The notes: a model not told the origin generated them from the letters alone. 60,842 nucleotides of DNA from an uncultured cyanobacterium (GCA_963766075.1 CAVYAN010000122.1:1-60842); one strand, 5' to 3'. Shown: positions 1-12,160, numbered from the stretch's first letter. Translations and numbers: made by a program.

Positions 1-128
1 TAAGCTAATGGATCGGGTCGGCAGTTGCGCTAGGAAAAGGGGGCAAGACCTGCGGTTTCGCCGGCGACTCGCTCTATAGTGGTAAAAGTTTAATATTAGA
101 CACGCACCTGTCAAAGACTGGGTAGACC

Positions 129-1333
129 ATGGATACGAAAGCCTTTAAGCGATCGCTCAATAATTCTGAAAACTACCACCGCAAAGGATTTGGGCATGAG
201 GATGAAGCCTCAGGGCAGATGCAGTCCGAATATCAAAGTTCCTTGATTCAAGAAATCCGCGCAAATCAGTACACTCTCCGTCGGGGCGACGTGACGGTGC
301 GGCTAGCGGAGTCCTTTGGCTTTTGCTGGGGGGTGGAGCGGGCGGTAGCCATGGCGTATGAAACCCGCCAGCATTTTCCCTCGGAACGCCTGTGGATCAC
401 CAATGAAATTATCCACAATCCTTCGGTGAATCAACGCCTGCGGGAGATGGCTGTAGAGTTCATCCCTGTGAACGCTGGACAAAAGGACTTTTCCGGGGTG
501 ACCACTGGTGATGTGGTGATTTTGCCCGCGTTTGGGGCCAGTGTGCAGGAAATGCAATTGCTGAATGACAAAGGCTGCACGATTGTTGATACGACCTGTC
601 CCTGGGTTTCTAAGGTCTGGAATACGGTGGAAAAGCATAAGAAAAATGCCCATACCTCGATTATCCATGGCAAGTACAGTCACGAAGAAACAGTGGCGAC
701 CAGTTCGTTTGCGGGCACCTATCTAATCGTGCTCAATCTGGGTGAGGCGGAATATGTGGCGAACTATATTTTGCAGGGGGCGATCGCGCGGAATTCCTGG
801 CCAAGTTCCCCAAAGCGCACTCGGTCGGTTTTGACCCCGATCGCGACCTGGAACGGATTGGGATTGCGAACCAAACGACGATGCTGAAGGGGGAAACCGA
901 GGCGATCGGTAAACTGTTTGAGCGAACGATGATGCGGAAATATGGCCCAAACCAGTTAAATGAGCATTTTCTCAGCTTTAACACGATTTGCGATGCCACC
1001 CAGGAACGGCAGGATGCCATGTACCAACTCGTGGATGATGCCATTGATGTGATGCTGGTGATTGGGGGCTACAACTCTTCCAACACCACCCATCTACAGG
1101 AAATTTCGGTGGCGCGGGGCATTCCCTCCTATCACATTGATTGTGCCGAACGGATTGGTCCCGGCAATCGGATTGAACATAAACCTCTGGGGCAAGACTT
1201 AATTGTCACCGAAGACTGGCTACCGGATGGGGCGATCGCTGTGGGGGTGACTTCGGGAGCCTCTACACCAGATAAAGTTGTGGCTGATGCTATTGAGCGT
1301 GTTTTTGCCCTCAAAGCGATCGCCCACCAGTAG
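129..1333 (+). CDS. ispH: 4-hydroxy-3-methylbut-2-enyl diphosphate reductase, split by one frameshift at the G-run 776-780
   Basis: [33 protein letters not shown] and GASTP motifs across ORFs 129-887 and 881-1333. One extra G restores [10 protein letters not shown]. Confidence 0.95.
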
Positions 1334-1386
1334 ATTTTGGACTGGCGATCAAAATCCGGCAAGCCAAAATCCGTTAATCCAAAATT

Positions 1387-2568
1387 CTAAGAGGTGCGTC
1401 GCGTTTTATAACTCCGCCGCCGCATGAGGAAATCGGGCAAGTCTAGCTTCGTCGATTGGTTCTGCGCCGAGGAAACAAACAGTTCTGGGCTGCCCGGTTC
1501 TAGGCTGGCCTCGGGGTTATCCTGCAAGCTGGCTAAGATTTCGAGGATTTCTCGATTTCCCTCGGGCAGGGCATGTGTCAGCAGCTCACTCAGATGCTGG
1601 ACTTGACTGCGATGGGCCTCGTAGCGGTCTTTCCAATGCTGCACAGCGGTTTGGTATTCGGTGGACTGCTGGGCCTGTTGAAGGATTTGTTCCTGGAGGT
1701 CGGCAGTTTGCCGTTCCAGGGTGGTGATGCGGGCCTGTTGCTGTTCTCGTTCTTGTTCGAGCTCGCGGTTGGCATGTTGCAACAACGTGTGGATGCTGAT
1801 CTGTCGCGCCATTTCGGTTTCCAGGTCGGCCAATTTGGCTTGGGCGATCGCCCATTCCTGCTGGGTGGGCAGAGTGGACTCTAGCGGGACTTCGGTCAGC
1901 GCCGCCTGGGGTAAGGCCGCAATTTCTGCTTCCAGTTCCCCTGCCCCTGGGAGTCGGTGGAGTGTGCCTTGGGTTTGCTGGAGGGCCTGCTGCAAGCGGA
2001 TTTCGAGCTGATGGAACAGGGGTGAGGGATCACTCGTTTGCTGGGCAAGCTCGCGCAGTTCCGTGAGGGCTTGGTGTAACCACACACCCAAACTCGCCGC
2101 AAACACCCGCGCAGACAATGATTCGGCTTCCAAAACCGCCATGCGCTGCTGTTGCGCGCCAAACACAGACGGCCATTGGGTATGATCCTGCTCTGGCAAT
2201 TCGGCAGGCGGCAACGCTTCGGATCCGGGCGGCAGGCCAATGCGCTCCTGCTGCTCCGCTAGGGCCTGTTGCAGCGTGCCTAAGCGCTGCTTCAAATGCA
2301 AAATTGCTTGCTGCTGCACATTGGCTGTTTCCTCGGTAGCGGCCAAGTGGGATTCGAGGAAACTTTGATCAATTAGCTGCGATCGCGCCTCGCGCAAGGA
2401 CAGGAGCGACTCATCCAGCGCTTGTTCCAGATGGCGGATGCGTTCACCTTGATGGCGGGTGACGGTTTTTAGTTCTGTCAACTCAGCCCGATCAACGGCC
2501 ATCGGATCCTGCTGCTGATCCAGGGCCAGCGTCGTTGAACTATCATTCACTGCGTTCGGTTCAGTCAT
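1387..2568 (-). CDS. hypothetical coiled-coil protein
   Basis: Long Gln/Glu/Leu-rich heptad ORF ending in DLPDFL; start set at the MTEP ATG. Confidence 0.7.
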   Translation of the reverse strand: MTEPNAVNDSSTTLALDQQQDPMAVDRAELTELKTVTRHQGERIRHLEQALDESLLSLREARSQLIDQSFLESHLAATEETANVQQQAILHLKQRLGTLQQALAEQQERIGLPPGSEALPPAELPEQDHTQWPSVFGAQQQRMAVLEAESLSARVFAASLGVWLHQALTELRELAQQTSDPSPLFHQLEIRLQQALQQTQGTLHRLPGAGELEAEIAALPQAALTEVPLESTLPTQQEWAIAQAKLADLETEMARQISIHTLLQHANRELEQEREQQQARITTLERQTADLQEQILQQAQQSTEYQTAVQHWKDRYEAHRSQVQHLSELLTHALPEGNREILEILASLQDNPEASLEPGSPELFVSSAQNQSTKLDLPDFLMRRRSYKTRRTS

Positions 2569-2647
2569 GCAGACCCCCAAAACGTGCCAAGCTGGGACTC
2601 TAAACCCTTTTTAAACCCTTGCCTAGGCGATCGCGTGCCGGAGATCG

Positions 2648-3010
2648 CTACTCCGGCTCTAGTGTCCCGGCGTGCGGTGCCACAACCGTGGCTAACAAAA
2701 GCGGATCCAGGGCGGGGCGATCGCTCTTGACTGGCTCAACGGGCTCAGTCAGCGCCGAATAGCCTGATTCAGTTGCCCGATTCAACGACCACCGATAGTC
2801 GATCGCCACGCGCTGCCGTTCACAGGTTTCCTCGATTTGTTTTTGCTGGGCCATTGCCTTACGCAAGGTGATGATCAACTGTTGTACTTGGTCATGGATC
2901 GAGGGTCTTTGCCCTGTCGCCAGGTGTCCTGCAGCCAGCAGACTTTGCCGCTCCAGCAGTTGCAGCAGCAGTTCATAGTGAATATGGGAAGGAAGGGGGA
3001 TCGGTTCCAT
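2648..3010 (-). CDS. DUF5340-like cyanobacterial protein
   Basis: N-terminal PLPSHIHYELLLQLLERQ and YRWSLN motifs; lies downstream of trpC. Confidence 0.7.
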   Translation of the reverse strand: MEPIPLPSHIHYELLLQLLERQSLLAAGHLATGQRPSIHDQVQQLIITLRKAMAQQKQIEETCERQRVAIDYRWSLNRATESGYSALTEPVEPVKSDRPALDPLLLATVVAPHAGTLEPE

Positions 3011-3063
3011 GTCTGTGAATCTACTCTAGGGGAATGAATCGCGGGGGGTTTGTCCAGAAAGAC

Positions 3064-3948
3064 TTAACCATTGAGCAACTGGGTTAAGGCCACCCCAGGA
3101 TCCGGTTGCTTGATCAAGGACTCGCCAATCAGGACGGCGGTAGCACCAGCAGCCGTCACCCGTTGCAGATCAGCCGGAGTATGCAGCCCTGATTCGCTGA
3201 CGAGCAAAATGTCCCGCGCTTGAAATTGATCGTGCCGCTGGGCCATCAGATCACAGGTCGTTTGGAGATCGACGGAAAAATCCTCCAGATTGCGATTGTT
3301 AATGCCAATCAAATCGACTCCCTCAAGGGCGAGCACGCGGTCCAATTCCTCCAGCGTATGGACTTCAATCAGGGCCGTCAAACTGAGGGTTTTGGCAATT
3401 TTGAGAAAATATTGCAAATCCTTGTCAGACAAAATGGCGGCGATCAGCAGGATGGCATCCGCACCACTGACCCGTGCCTGGTACATCTGGTACGGATAGA
3501 TAATGAATTCCTTACAGAGTAAGGGGAGCTCCGTGATGGCTCGAATCAGGGACAGGTTGTCAAAACTGCCTTGGAAGAATTTTTCATCGGTCAGCACGGA
3601 TAGGCAGGTGGCTCCGCCGCGCTCGTAGGCTTGGGCGATCGCCACCGGGTCAAAGTCTGCCCGAATCACGCCTTTGCTGGGAGAGGCTTTCTTGACCTCG
3701 GCAATCACAGCGGGGTGAGACGTGCTGGCGCGCAGTGCATCTCGGAAAGGGCGCGTGGGGGGCAAATCCCGAACTTTTTTCTGCAAGTCCAGCAGGGGCA
3801 CCCGCTCGCGCATTTTGTCCACTTCGACTTCTTTCTGCCAAACAATTTCCTCTAAAATGTGGCGCGGAGCGGCGTGAGGCACCTTAGCCTGATAGCGAAC
3901 CTGCTCGACGGCAATAACGGGATTGGGAGAACGACGACGAATTTCCAT
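3064..3948 (-). CDS. trpC: indole-3-glycerol phosphate synthase
   Basis: [24 protein letters not shown] and VSESG motifs; cyanobacterial MEIRRR N-terminus. Confidence 0.96.
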   Translation of the reverse strand: MEIRRRSPNPVIAVEQVRYQAKVPHAAPRHILEEIVWQKEVEVDKMRERVPLLDLQKKVRDLPPTRPFRDALRASTSHPAVIAEVKKASPSKGVIRADFDPVAIAQAYERGGATCLSVLTDEKFFQGSFDNLSLIRAITELPLLCKEFIIYPYQMYQARVSGADAILLIAAILSDKDLQYFLKIAKTLSLTALIEVHTLEELDRVLALEGVDLIGINNRNLEDFSVDLQTTCDLMAQRHDQFQARDILLVSESGLHTPADLQRVTAAGATAVLIGESLIKQPDPGVALTQLLNG

Positions 3949-4079
3949 GGACCTATGCAATAAATCACTCAATGTGGGCAGGGGCGATCGCCCACCCAAT
4001 CAGCCTAACGTATGTTCTGGCAGAAAATGCAGATCACTGGAGAACACCAGGGAATCAGACGAGAAAATCTCCCCTTGAA

Positions 4080-4135
4080 GAAGTTCACTGGGAGAAATTC
4101 ACTGGGAAGGAGTTCACTGGGAAAAGTTCACTGGC
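4080..4135. repeat. four tandem ~14-15 bp units with core TTCACTGG
   Basis: gaagttcactggga / gaaattcactgggaa / ggagttcactggga / aaagttcactggc. Confidence 0.8.
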
Positions 4136-4192
4136 GTGCCCCGTCCACAAAGTGTTCCATTTACACTTGCGTCAGATAATGCGCTAGATAAA

Positions 4193-5695
4193 TCATTGCC
4201 TGAAAGAGGCATCAAGTCCCCGCTGGCTTGGCGACTGGCCTGGCGACTGGTCGTGCAGCGGGGATTGGGGCTGGGCCTTGAGCAACTCCTGCCCGTTAAC
4301 CTGATAGCTGAGGGGCAAATTGTCTGGATTTTGGTTTTGGCTTTGCGTTAACCATTGGGGTGGATTGGCTAGGGTGATGGAGGCCGCGCCATTGGGTGTC
4401 ACCTGGTAGCTCCAGCGCAGTTCCGGACACACCGCCGAGGCCGCCAACCCTGGGACCGTCTGGGGCACCTGCCGCGTTGTGAGAATGATTTGCTTGACCA
4501 GGGCGACCTTTTGGCTGAGTTCCCAGTGAATCTCCCGTTTGCCAACTTTGTACCACTGGCTCAGAAAGCTGCCGCTGCCCTGCCGCCCTAGAACGTTCCA
4601 CCAGGCGAGCGATCGCTCCACCGTCCGAGCGGCAGCATCCGCATCAAAGCGGCAAATATTCGGCGGTGGCAGGGTTTGATACACCTGCATCGTTTGCTGC
4701 CAGGTATCCGTCGCCGAGAGGGTGAAGTAAGGCTGCTGAACGGGTTGCAAGATTTTTGCCAAAGGCGAAACCGTGATTTCGGTGGCGTTCTCGACCTCTT
4801 GACTAAACTCTTGCATGGTTTGAACCCATTTCTGGTCAGGGTAGTCTCGAATCGTTTTGAAATTCATGAATGCTTCTAATCTCTGGGCATTCAGAAAAGC
4901 GGTATGGGAATCAGGTGCGGCAAGGCGCTGTTGCCAGTTGGCGGGCAAGCGATTGAGCTTTCGCAACACCCCCGATTGCACCCGCGCCGCAATGATCGCC
5001 ACTAACTGGGAAATTAAATCAGGGCGCTGGCCTAGGGCTTGGTTCAATTTCACCGAGGCGGCTAGCCCTTCAAAGGCTTCTGGCGATCGCCCCAAACGCT
5101 GGTTTTCCAGCGCGTTGAGTAGTAGCACATTGTGTAAATTCATTAGGTTCAGAAAACTGGGTAACGCCGTGCTCGAATCTATTTTCTGAACATCAAAAAA
5201 GTCCCATTGGGGTGCGGATTGGGTTAAAAGATGCGTTTGGATGGCTGCTATGTCAGCTTGATGCTGGGCTAAATAGCGCCGAATCGGAGCGGGGGGAAGT
5301 GCGATACGATCCGAGGGCTGTGTAATCTGAGCTTTTACGTAATCCGAGATGGATTGACGCACCGCTGTATAGGCTTTTGCCGCTGCCGGATCGGGGGGAA
5401 TTGGATTTTGGGATTTATAGTCTGATATCAAGGTGTTTAACCCCAATTTGGCACGCAGTTGCTCCAGTTTCAAGGCAGAAGCATTGGCGGATCGCGCCGG
5501 ATATTGGCGGGCAAAGTCGTCCAACGCCTGCTGCACTTCGGCTTCTTGACGGGCAGCGGTTCCATATCCAAAAATTCCCCAAAGGGCCAAACTGCCCAAG
5601 ACCAAGGCATTGGCGATCAGCAAAAACCGCACCGTCGCGTTGGATCCCCAGGCAGGCAGCTTGAGGGATGTCAGCCTCATCGATGTCAGCTTCAT
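4193..5695 (-). CDS. hypothetical 500-aa protein with a single N-terminal membrane anchor
   Basis: Hydrophobic segment FLLIANALVLGSLALWGIFGY followed by a helical soluble region. ATGA overlap with the upstream NACHT gene. Confidence 0.75.
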   Translation of the reverse strand: MKLTSMRLTSLKLPAWGSNATVRFLLIANALVLGSLALWGIFGYGTAARQEAEVQQALDDFARQYPARSANASALKLEQLRAKLGLNTLISDYKSQNPIPPDPAAAKAYTAVRQSISDYVKAQITQPSDRIALPPAPIRRYLAQHQADIAAIQTHLLTQSAPQWDFFDVQKIDSSTALPSFLNLMNLHNVLLLNALENQRLGRSPEAFEGLAASVKLNQALGQRPDLISQLVAIIAARVQSGVLRKLNRLPANWQQRLAAPDSHTAFLNAQRLEAFMNFKTIRDYPDQKWVQTMQEFSQEVENATEITVSPLAKILQPVQQPYFTLSATDTWQQTMQVYQTLPPPNICRFDADAAARTVERSLAWWNVLGRQGSGSFLSQWYKVGKREIHWELSQKVALVKQIILTTRQVPQTVPGLAASAVCPELRWSYQVTPNGAASITLANPPQWLTQSQNQNPDNLPLSYQVNGQELLKAQPQSPLHDQSPGQSPSQRGLDASFRQ

Positions 5696-8401
5696 GGCTC
5701 CACCTCCTGAGTGTCAATGGCCGCAAAGTGTTCTAATAAGAGGCGGTGAATGAAAATATACCCGCCGCCCACCTTTTGCAGCAAAATGCAACTGGTGGTG
5801 TAGTCTAAAAACCGCGCGTAGTTCCAGGGCGTCACCCGGTTCCCGTAGAGCACCAACCGCAGCAGCAGATGCTTCAAACAGGCCAGACCGGGACCAAATA
5901 GCCCAAATAGCAATCCCAGAAACGCCCCGGCGATGACTGGGGTGCCGAGCAAGCTGGAGGTTAAGCCCAGCCCGATCGCGCCTATCAGACTTTGGATCCC
6001 CATATTTTTGACCGATTCCCAGATCCCCTGATTGGGAAAAGTCGTTGTGGTCACTTGGGTACCGCTAAAGCCCCCAATCAGTCCCCGAATCACCCCACCA
6101 ATCAGTTGGAAGATTAAGGCCAGGGTCAAGCCGTTGGTCAAGGCCAGAAAACTGCCCACCATCAGCCGATGTGCCCAGTTAAGGATAGAAGGGCTGAGGG
6201 TGGTACCCCCGATGGACTCAAAGACGGTAAAGCTAATCTCTAAGCGAAAGGCGTCAATCATGCCGATCCCCAGTCCGGCGCAACCGCCAAAAACCAGACC
6301 CCATTTCATGCCATTCAGGAACTTTCGCCGCGCGTTCTCCCAGGACCAAGGCCGGAGGGCAATGGGGTGAATGCGATTGTCTACAAAGGCAGCGCCAATT
6401 CCCAGTAGCGCGGCGTACCAAACCCCATCTAATACCCCCAGGAGTGGCTCGTTGGTCATTAGAGTGGTCAAAAATGCCAACATAACGCCACTGGTTAGGC
6501 CAAAGAGCAGGCGACCCATTGGGCTAAACAAGCGGGGACCAAGACTGATGAATATCAAGGTCCACAGCACTCCCGGCACGAGACTTAAAGGTATGCTGAC
6601 ACTCGGCACGATGTGTTGGCCCAGTAGTTTGACCACCCATTCGGAGGTAGGCAGATACAACAACAGCGCCACGGACCAAAAAATTATCCCGAATCCAAAC
6701 TGGTAAATCCAGGTTTGCGGTGGACCCGGCAACCAACTGGGCTGCATGTGCTCAATCAAAAATACGGTTTGGGATTGCTGCTGCATCTGTTTGGCCAAAT
6801 GGTGCAGCCAGTGTTTTACCTGGGCGGGCGGGTAGATCTGGGCGTTGCCTCGGCGCTGCAACATGCGATCGGCATATTGGCTGAGGAGATGGTGACGACT
6901 GTCTTCTAAGCTACCCGTAGGCATGTCGGCGAGTTTCATACCCCGATAGGCAACGGTCATGATGCTGAGCATGAGCGGTGACTTGGCCAGCTCTTGCAAG
7001 GCGGGATCGGATTGCATCAGGGTGCGAATGGTGGCGAGGTCTGATCCCGATTGCTGGAAAAAGCGATCGATCTGGGTCAAACTGAGCGGCTGGATAAAAA
7101 TCGCAGCCTGACATTGCAAGCGATTCGACAGGGCCTCGTAGTCCTTGATGCGGCTACAAATGACTAGGTCGGTGCCGGACTGCTGGCTGAATTGATTGAG
7201 CGCTTGCACACAGGCATCGCGGCGATCGCCCTGCACTTCATCCAAGCCATCCAGCAAGAGCAGTAATTGTTGGCCCCTTTACCCAGTCCGCGCCGGTTTG
7301 CTTCGGGACTTGGTATTTGGTGGTGAGTTCTTCGATCAGCCATTGGGCGATCGCCTGTTTTCCCCCATTCCAAGACGACAGGTTAAACACCACCGGCATG
7401 AGCTGGTCGATATCCTGTTCGGCCCGAGCAATCAAGTCACGGGCCAGTTCCAATAGGGTGGTGGTTTTGCCGGAACCGGGTTCGCCTAGGATCAGCAGCG
7501 ATCGCCCCGCGCCCATTTGATCAAAAAGCTGGGTCAGATCGGTGCCTGCGGGAAGCGATCGCGGTCCGGACTGGCCCGTTTGCCAGCTCATATCCCAAGG
7601 ATGACTGACCAGATCGGCTCGATCCTCCAGCCCCAAGTCGAGTAAAGCCTGCCCGTGCAGGGACTTTTCTAGCACGTTCTTCACCCAAAAATTGTTGACT
7701 TTGCTGAGCAGGGCCTGACGGTTGCGGTATTGCTGGGGCGTCAACCGCCGCAGGCTGATTTCAGCGGCTTGGCGATCGGCCTCCACCTGCCGACTGGTTT
7801 GGATATAGGTTTTTTGCAGTGGGGTGGGCAGTGGCTCTTTGTGCACGGCCTGGTGAAGCCAGGTTTCGGCAGCTTCCAGATCATTGCCCCGCAGCAGAAA
7901 GCTCTCATCCCGCTGGTGACTTTCCCATTCCCGTGCCCGCACCAGCAGCCGAGTCTGACTGCGGATATGGTCCAAATCCGTGGCGATCGCCGTCAACAGG
8001 GTCTGCAACCCTGCATCAAAGTCCCGAAAGAAAATCCAGTTCAACCGGGCCAGTTCGGGATGGACTTGCTTCGGGTCCACATCCTGCCAGACAACGGGCA
8101 CGAGGCGCTTGCCATGGGCGATCGCATGTTCCAGCTCTTCCTGACACACCACGGACTGGAGCGAATTGGGACTGAGGACAAACATAAAACTGTGGGTGGC
8201 TTCAATATTGGTATAGATTTCCTGCCGCCAATCGGCGATCGCCGGAATCTCTTCCCAATCCACCCACACGCCCTGTCCAGCGTCCACAAGGGCGGTGTAG
8301 AGATCGCGAACAAAGGTCTGATCCCGGCGGGAGTAGGAGACAAAAATATCATGCTCTCCACGGGCTGTCTGGGGGTTAGGGCGTGAGGGAGCATCCGTCA
8401 T
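5692..8401 (-). CDS. TIR-NACHT NTPase with C-terminal transmembrane region; one frameshift near 7272-7277
   Basis: TIR: DIFVSYSRRD, FVLSPNSLQSVVCQEELEHA. Walker A GEPGSGKTT, Walker B LLLLDGLDEV, PLMLSIM, several TM helices, terminal GGGYIFIHRLLLEHFA. Confidence 0.88.
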
Positions 8402-8611
8402 CGCTGTCGGCTCCTTTGTTCGTAATCAGGGGAAATAAACTATAGCAGAGAAATAAACTATTAACGGATCACGCAGTCCGCGAAAAATTTAGTCCGCGAA
8501 AAATTCGATGCTCATTTGCACATATCGATAACCCAGGTTAAACCTGTTCCATGTGGATGACACAATTCATCCAGGATTCTAATTGGGCATTCCAGACCTC
8601 AATCAATTAGG

Positions 8612-8644
8612 AGATCCCCGGATTCTTTGAGAATCCGGGGATCT
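8612..8644. repeat. perfect 15-bp-arm palindrome (REP-like element or hairpin)
   Basis: agatccccggattct-ttg-agaatccggggatct, between lpdA and the TIR gene. Confidence 0.75.
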
Positions 8645-8769
8645 GGTCTGTGCGGATGATTTAGAACGGCATAGCTAACCCAGAGCGATGCCGTGAATCA
8701 TCCTAGGATGCCCTTAAGGTGCGGTGTGGTTAAGGATTGAGGCTGATGTCGCTATCCTTTAGAAGGCTT

Positions 8770-10203
8770 TTAATGGGGTACCAGTGCCCGCTTGTATGCC
8801 TCTTCCAAAATTTCCGAAAGGGTGGGATGGGTGTGGACCAGGAAGGCCAAATCTTGGATGGACTGGCGCTGGGCGATCGCATTGGCCGCTTCTTGGATCA
8901 AATCTGCCGCGTGCAGTCCAAAGATATGCACCCCCATCAGTTCCCCGGTATCGGTACGGTAGATGATTTTGGCAATGCCTTCGGTTTCGCCTTCGGCGAT
9001 CGCTTTGGCGTTGCCCTTGAAGTAGGTACGGGCGGTACTGATGGTGAACCCTTCAGCCGTGGCCTTTTCCTGGGCGGCGGGTTCCGTCAACCCCACGAAG
9101 CTGACTTCGGGATGGGTGAAGGCGGCAGCGGGAATGCTGAGGTGATCGACGGCGCGGGGGCGATCGCAGATCGTTTCCACCACAGCAATGCCCTGGGCCG
9201 AGGCCGCATGGGCCAGCATCATTTTGCCCGTCGCATCTCCAATGGCCCAAAGGTGCGGCACGGTCTGCCCGTCTGCCAGTACTGCCATATAGTCATTCAC
9301 GGGAATAAAACCGCGCCGATCCAGTTCCACACCCACTTTTTCCAGGCCCACATCCTTGGCCATGGGTATCCGGCCCGTGGCGATCAAGCAAGCATCCACT
9401 TCCAGGACTTCCACAACTTCCTTGGTCTTGGCATCGGCCAGTTCAATCACCACGGGAGAGCCGGGGATCACCCGTTTGGCCAGCATGCCGACCTTGGTTT
9501 CAATGTCGCGCGGGGTAATCAGGACGCGCTGGGCCAGCTTGGCAATGTCGGGATCAAATCCCGGCATCAAAGTATCTAGGGCTTCAATCAAGGTGATTTC
9601 GCAGCCCAACGCCGAGTAAACGTCGGCAAATTCTAGGCCGATGTAGCCACTGCCGACGATCGCAATCCAGGGCGGCAAACTCTCTAACTTAATGGCATCG
9701 TCACTCGTAAATACCGTTTTGCCATCAATTTCGGCTCCCGGCGGCACAAACGGAATTGATCCCGGAGCTAACAAAATATCCTTGGCTGTGATCGTTTTTT
9801 CGCCCTCTGCCGTGGTGATCGAGACTTTTTGAGGGCCAGCCACGCGCCCCCACCCGTGGATCGTGTCTACGCCCAAGCGCTTCATGCTGTTGGTTAGGGC
9901 TTCCCGCTGCTTGGTGACGATCATGGCCGCATGGTCGGCGATCGCTTGCCGCTCAAAGGCCACACTGCCCACCTGCACGCCCAGGGCCTTCAAATGGTGA
10001 GTATCCCGCAGTTCCCGCACTTTTCCAGAAGCAGCCAGCAATGCCTTCGAGGGAATGCAGCCCCGATTCACACAGGTACCGCCCATATCAGCCGCTTCGA
10101 TAATGGCAGTTTTTAATCCACAGGCCACGGCATGGACGGCTGCACCATGCCCTCCTACGCCCGCTCCAATAATCACCAAATCATAATCAAAGACCTGACT
10201 CAC
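8770..10203 (-). CDS. lpdA: dihydrolipoyl dehydrogenase
   Basis: GAGVGG FAD motif, [13 protein letters not shown] redox disulfide, HPTLSE. Confidence 0.96.
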   Translation of the reverse strand: MSQVFDYDLVIIGAGVGGHGAAVHAVACGLKTAIIEAADMGGTCVNRGCIPSKALLAASGKVRELRDTHHLKALGVQVGSVAFERQAIADHAAMIVTKQREALTNSMKRLGVDTIHGWGRVAGPQKVSITTAEGEKTITAKDILLAPGSIPFVPPGAEIDGKTVFTSDDAIKLESLPPWIAIVGSGYIGLEFADVYSALGCEITLIEALDTLMPGFDPDIAKLAQRVLITPRDIETKVGMLAKRVIPGSPVVIELADAKTKEVVEVLEVDACLIATGRIPMAKDVGLEKVGVELDRRGFIPVNDYMAVLADGQTVPHLWAIGDATGKMMLAHAASAQGIAVVETICDRPRAVDHLSIPAAAFTHPEVSFVGLTEPAAQEKATAEGFTISTARTYFKGNAKAIAEGETEGIAKIIYRTDTGELMGVHIFGLHAADLIQEAANAIAQRQSIQDLAFLVHTHPTLSEILEEAYKRALVPH

Positions 10204-10602
10204 AGCATTCTCCTGGTGCGATCGCGACTGAATGAACGTGCCCCCACGAAAGGGCTATAGAAATCCTAAATCAGTTAGGCCCGAATTAGTATGGGCAGAA
10301 CTGCAACCCTAGCCACCCGATTGGGCATTCTACAGGAATACCCCGGTAGAACTCTCTCGGCAAAATTGTTCTAATGATGATTCATGCCTTGAATCGAATG
10401 CCTGACTTCGCTATGCCAGTGGGGCATCTGGAGCGATCCCATGGCGTTTGCCTGGGGCACCTGCCTATAATCTGGGCAAGTCAGGAGTCTAGTAGACGGG
10501 CGAGTACAAATTACGCGATGGGTGTTCGCAAGCGGGCCAATATTTTTTGACTTCTGTTTTTGATTTCTGCTGTATTTTTGATTCCTTGTGGGGGTGAACT
10601 GT

Positions 10603-11055
10603 ATGGATCAGTGCCAGCAACAACAGCGACGGGCCGCTGCACGGGCGTTTATGCAGTCTCTGAATCAGTTGGAGGAAACGCTTCTGCCGGATTTGGTTCC
10701 ACCCGCCCCCGCGCCCACCCCGGAGCCGCAAGATTTGCGCCTGCGCCGCACAAAGATGGATATCCTGGAGGAATCCTTTGCCCTGAAACAGGCTTCTGAT
10801 CCCAGCACGGAGCAATTTAGCTCTGAGCGGCCCCATGTGCAGCAATCTAGTCCTGAGCAATTTAGCGCTGATCGATCCGACTCGCAGCTATCCAGTCCTG
10901 ATCGATCCCACATGCAGCAATCTAACGCTGATCAATCCGACTCGGAGCAATCTAACCTGGGTCCATCTAACTCGGGTCCATCCCTGGATCAAAGCTTTGA
11001 AGACGCTGTTGCAGATATTGAGCAGTTTATCCAGGAGCGTCAACGGACGGAGTGA
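10603..11055 (+). CDS. hypothetical protein with a Ser/Gln/Asp low-complexity repeat insert
   Basis: RRAAARAFMQSLNQL N-terminus and FEDAVADIEQF C-terminus flank pentapeptide-like repeats. Confidence 0.65.
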   Translation: MDQCQQQQRRAAARAFMQSLNQLEETLLPDLVPPAPAPTPEPQDLRLRRTKMDILEESFALKQASDPSTEQFSSERPHVQQSSPEQFSADRSDSQLSSPDRSHMQQSNADQSDSEQSNLGPSNSGPSLDQSFEDAVADIEQFIQERQRTE

Positions 11056-11833
11056 CCTGTTCCTGTCGCTGCCGCTTTACTTCGTACAGAATCAGGGCAG
11101 CGGCGATCGCCACATTTAAAGACTCCACTCCTGGCTGCACTGGAATCGTTACTCCGGCATCGGCAAGGGCCGCTACAGCTGGAGACAGACCCGCCCCTTC
11201 ATTGCCCAAAAGGACCAGCGTGGGGCGGCAAAAATCGACCTGCCAGTAAGTTTGGGTCGCGGTGGGTAGCGTGGCAATAATTTGAAAGCCTTGCTGGCGA
11301 TAGTGGGTCAAATCCGCGACTAGGTCGGGACTGACGGCGAGAGGCAGTTGAAACCACTGCCCCGCGGAGGCCCGCAGCACTTTGGGATGGTCGGGATCGA
11401 CGCTGTCACTGCTGAGCAAAATGCCTTCGGCTCCAGCGGCAGTGGCGGTGCGAATCATGGTGCCGAGGTTACCAGGATCTTGAATAGTCTCTAGGACAAG
11501 TCCCAGGTTTGAGAAAGCTGGGACCGCTTGTTCTGACCGAGGCAGGGTGGCGACAACGCCGTCGGGTTCGACGGTGGTAGCGATCGCTTTCAAGACTTCG
11601 GGACTGACCTCTTCGCTGCGATCAGTATGGCGAGTGGCCCAGTCCCACAGAACGGGATAGCGGGCTTGCCACTCTGCCGTATAGCAGAGAATCTCTAGGG
11701 AACGCTGGGCTGCACAGGCCGCTTCTAATAAATGGGTGCCTTCGATTAAGAATACGGCTTGCTCGCGGCGCTCCTTGGCCCGATGCAGTTTCCGTAATTG
11801 TTTTACGAGAGGATTTTGGGGGCTGGTGAGCAT
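11027..11833 (-). CDS. TrmH/SpoU family RNA methyltransferase
   Basis: IQDPGNLGTMIRTA, LGNEGAG and ESLNVAIAA SPOUT motifs. Confidence 0.93.
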   Translation of the reverse strand: MLTSPQNPLVKQLRKLHRAKERREQAVFLIEGTHLLEAACAAQRSLEILCYTAEWQARYPVLWDWATRHTDRSEEVSPEVLKAIATTVEPDGVVATLPRSEQAVPAFSNLGLVLETIQDPGNLGTMIRTATAAGAEGILLSSDSVDPDHPKVLRASAGQWFQLPLAVSPDLVADLTHYRQQGFQIIATLPTATQTYWQVDFCRPTLVLLGNEGAGLSPAVAALADAGVTIPVQPGVESLNVAIAAALILYEVKRQRQEQVTPSVDAPG

Positions 11834-11922
11834 GGATTCAGAATTCTGCCCTCAAGATGGGTTTAGAGATGATGTTTTGTGCTGGAGTGAAGTGGACGAT
11901 CGCGCGCCGCGTCGATTGTTGC

Positions 11923-12156
11923 TCACCCCTCAATGGCCTCATCCTCGGGGTGTTTGGCAAAGGGCAAGATGGGTAGGCGATCGCCCCGAAAAATTTCTTC
12001 ACTATTAATGCCAATATCAATCATGGCCTGGGTTAAGGCTTTTGCCGCCACCATTCCACAGAGAAAAGGCCCTGTTGCTAGACTCACCAAAATTGGGGTG
12101 GGGATGACGGGAAGCGAGGCAGCGGCATGATGTGGGCCAGTCGGTTCAGTAGACAT
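11923..12156 (-). CDS. small hypothetical protein
   Basis: 77-aa ORF with a SEEIFRGDRLP motif, co-oriented with the methyltransferase. Confidence 0.65.
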   Translation of the reverse strand: MSTEPTGPHHAAASLPVIPTPILVSLATGPFLCGMVAAKALTQAMIDIGINSEEIFRGDRLPILPFAKHPEDEAIEG

Positions 12157-12160
12157 AAAT

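Noticed and set aside
8737..9579. Long antisense ORFs over lpdA, fusA, hom and the GspE ATPase
   Set aside because: Expected shadows of GC-rich codon usage; no motifs.
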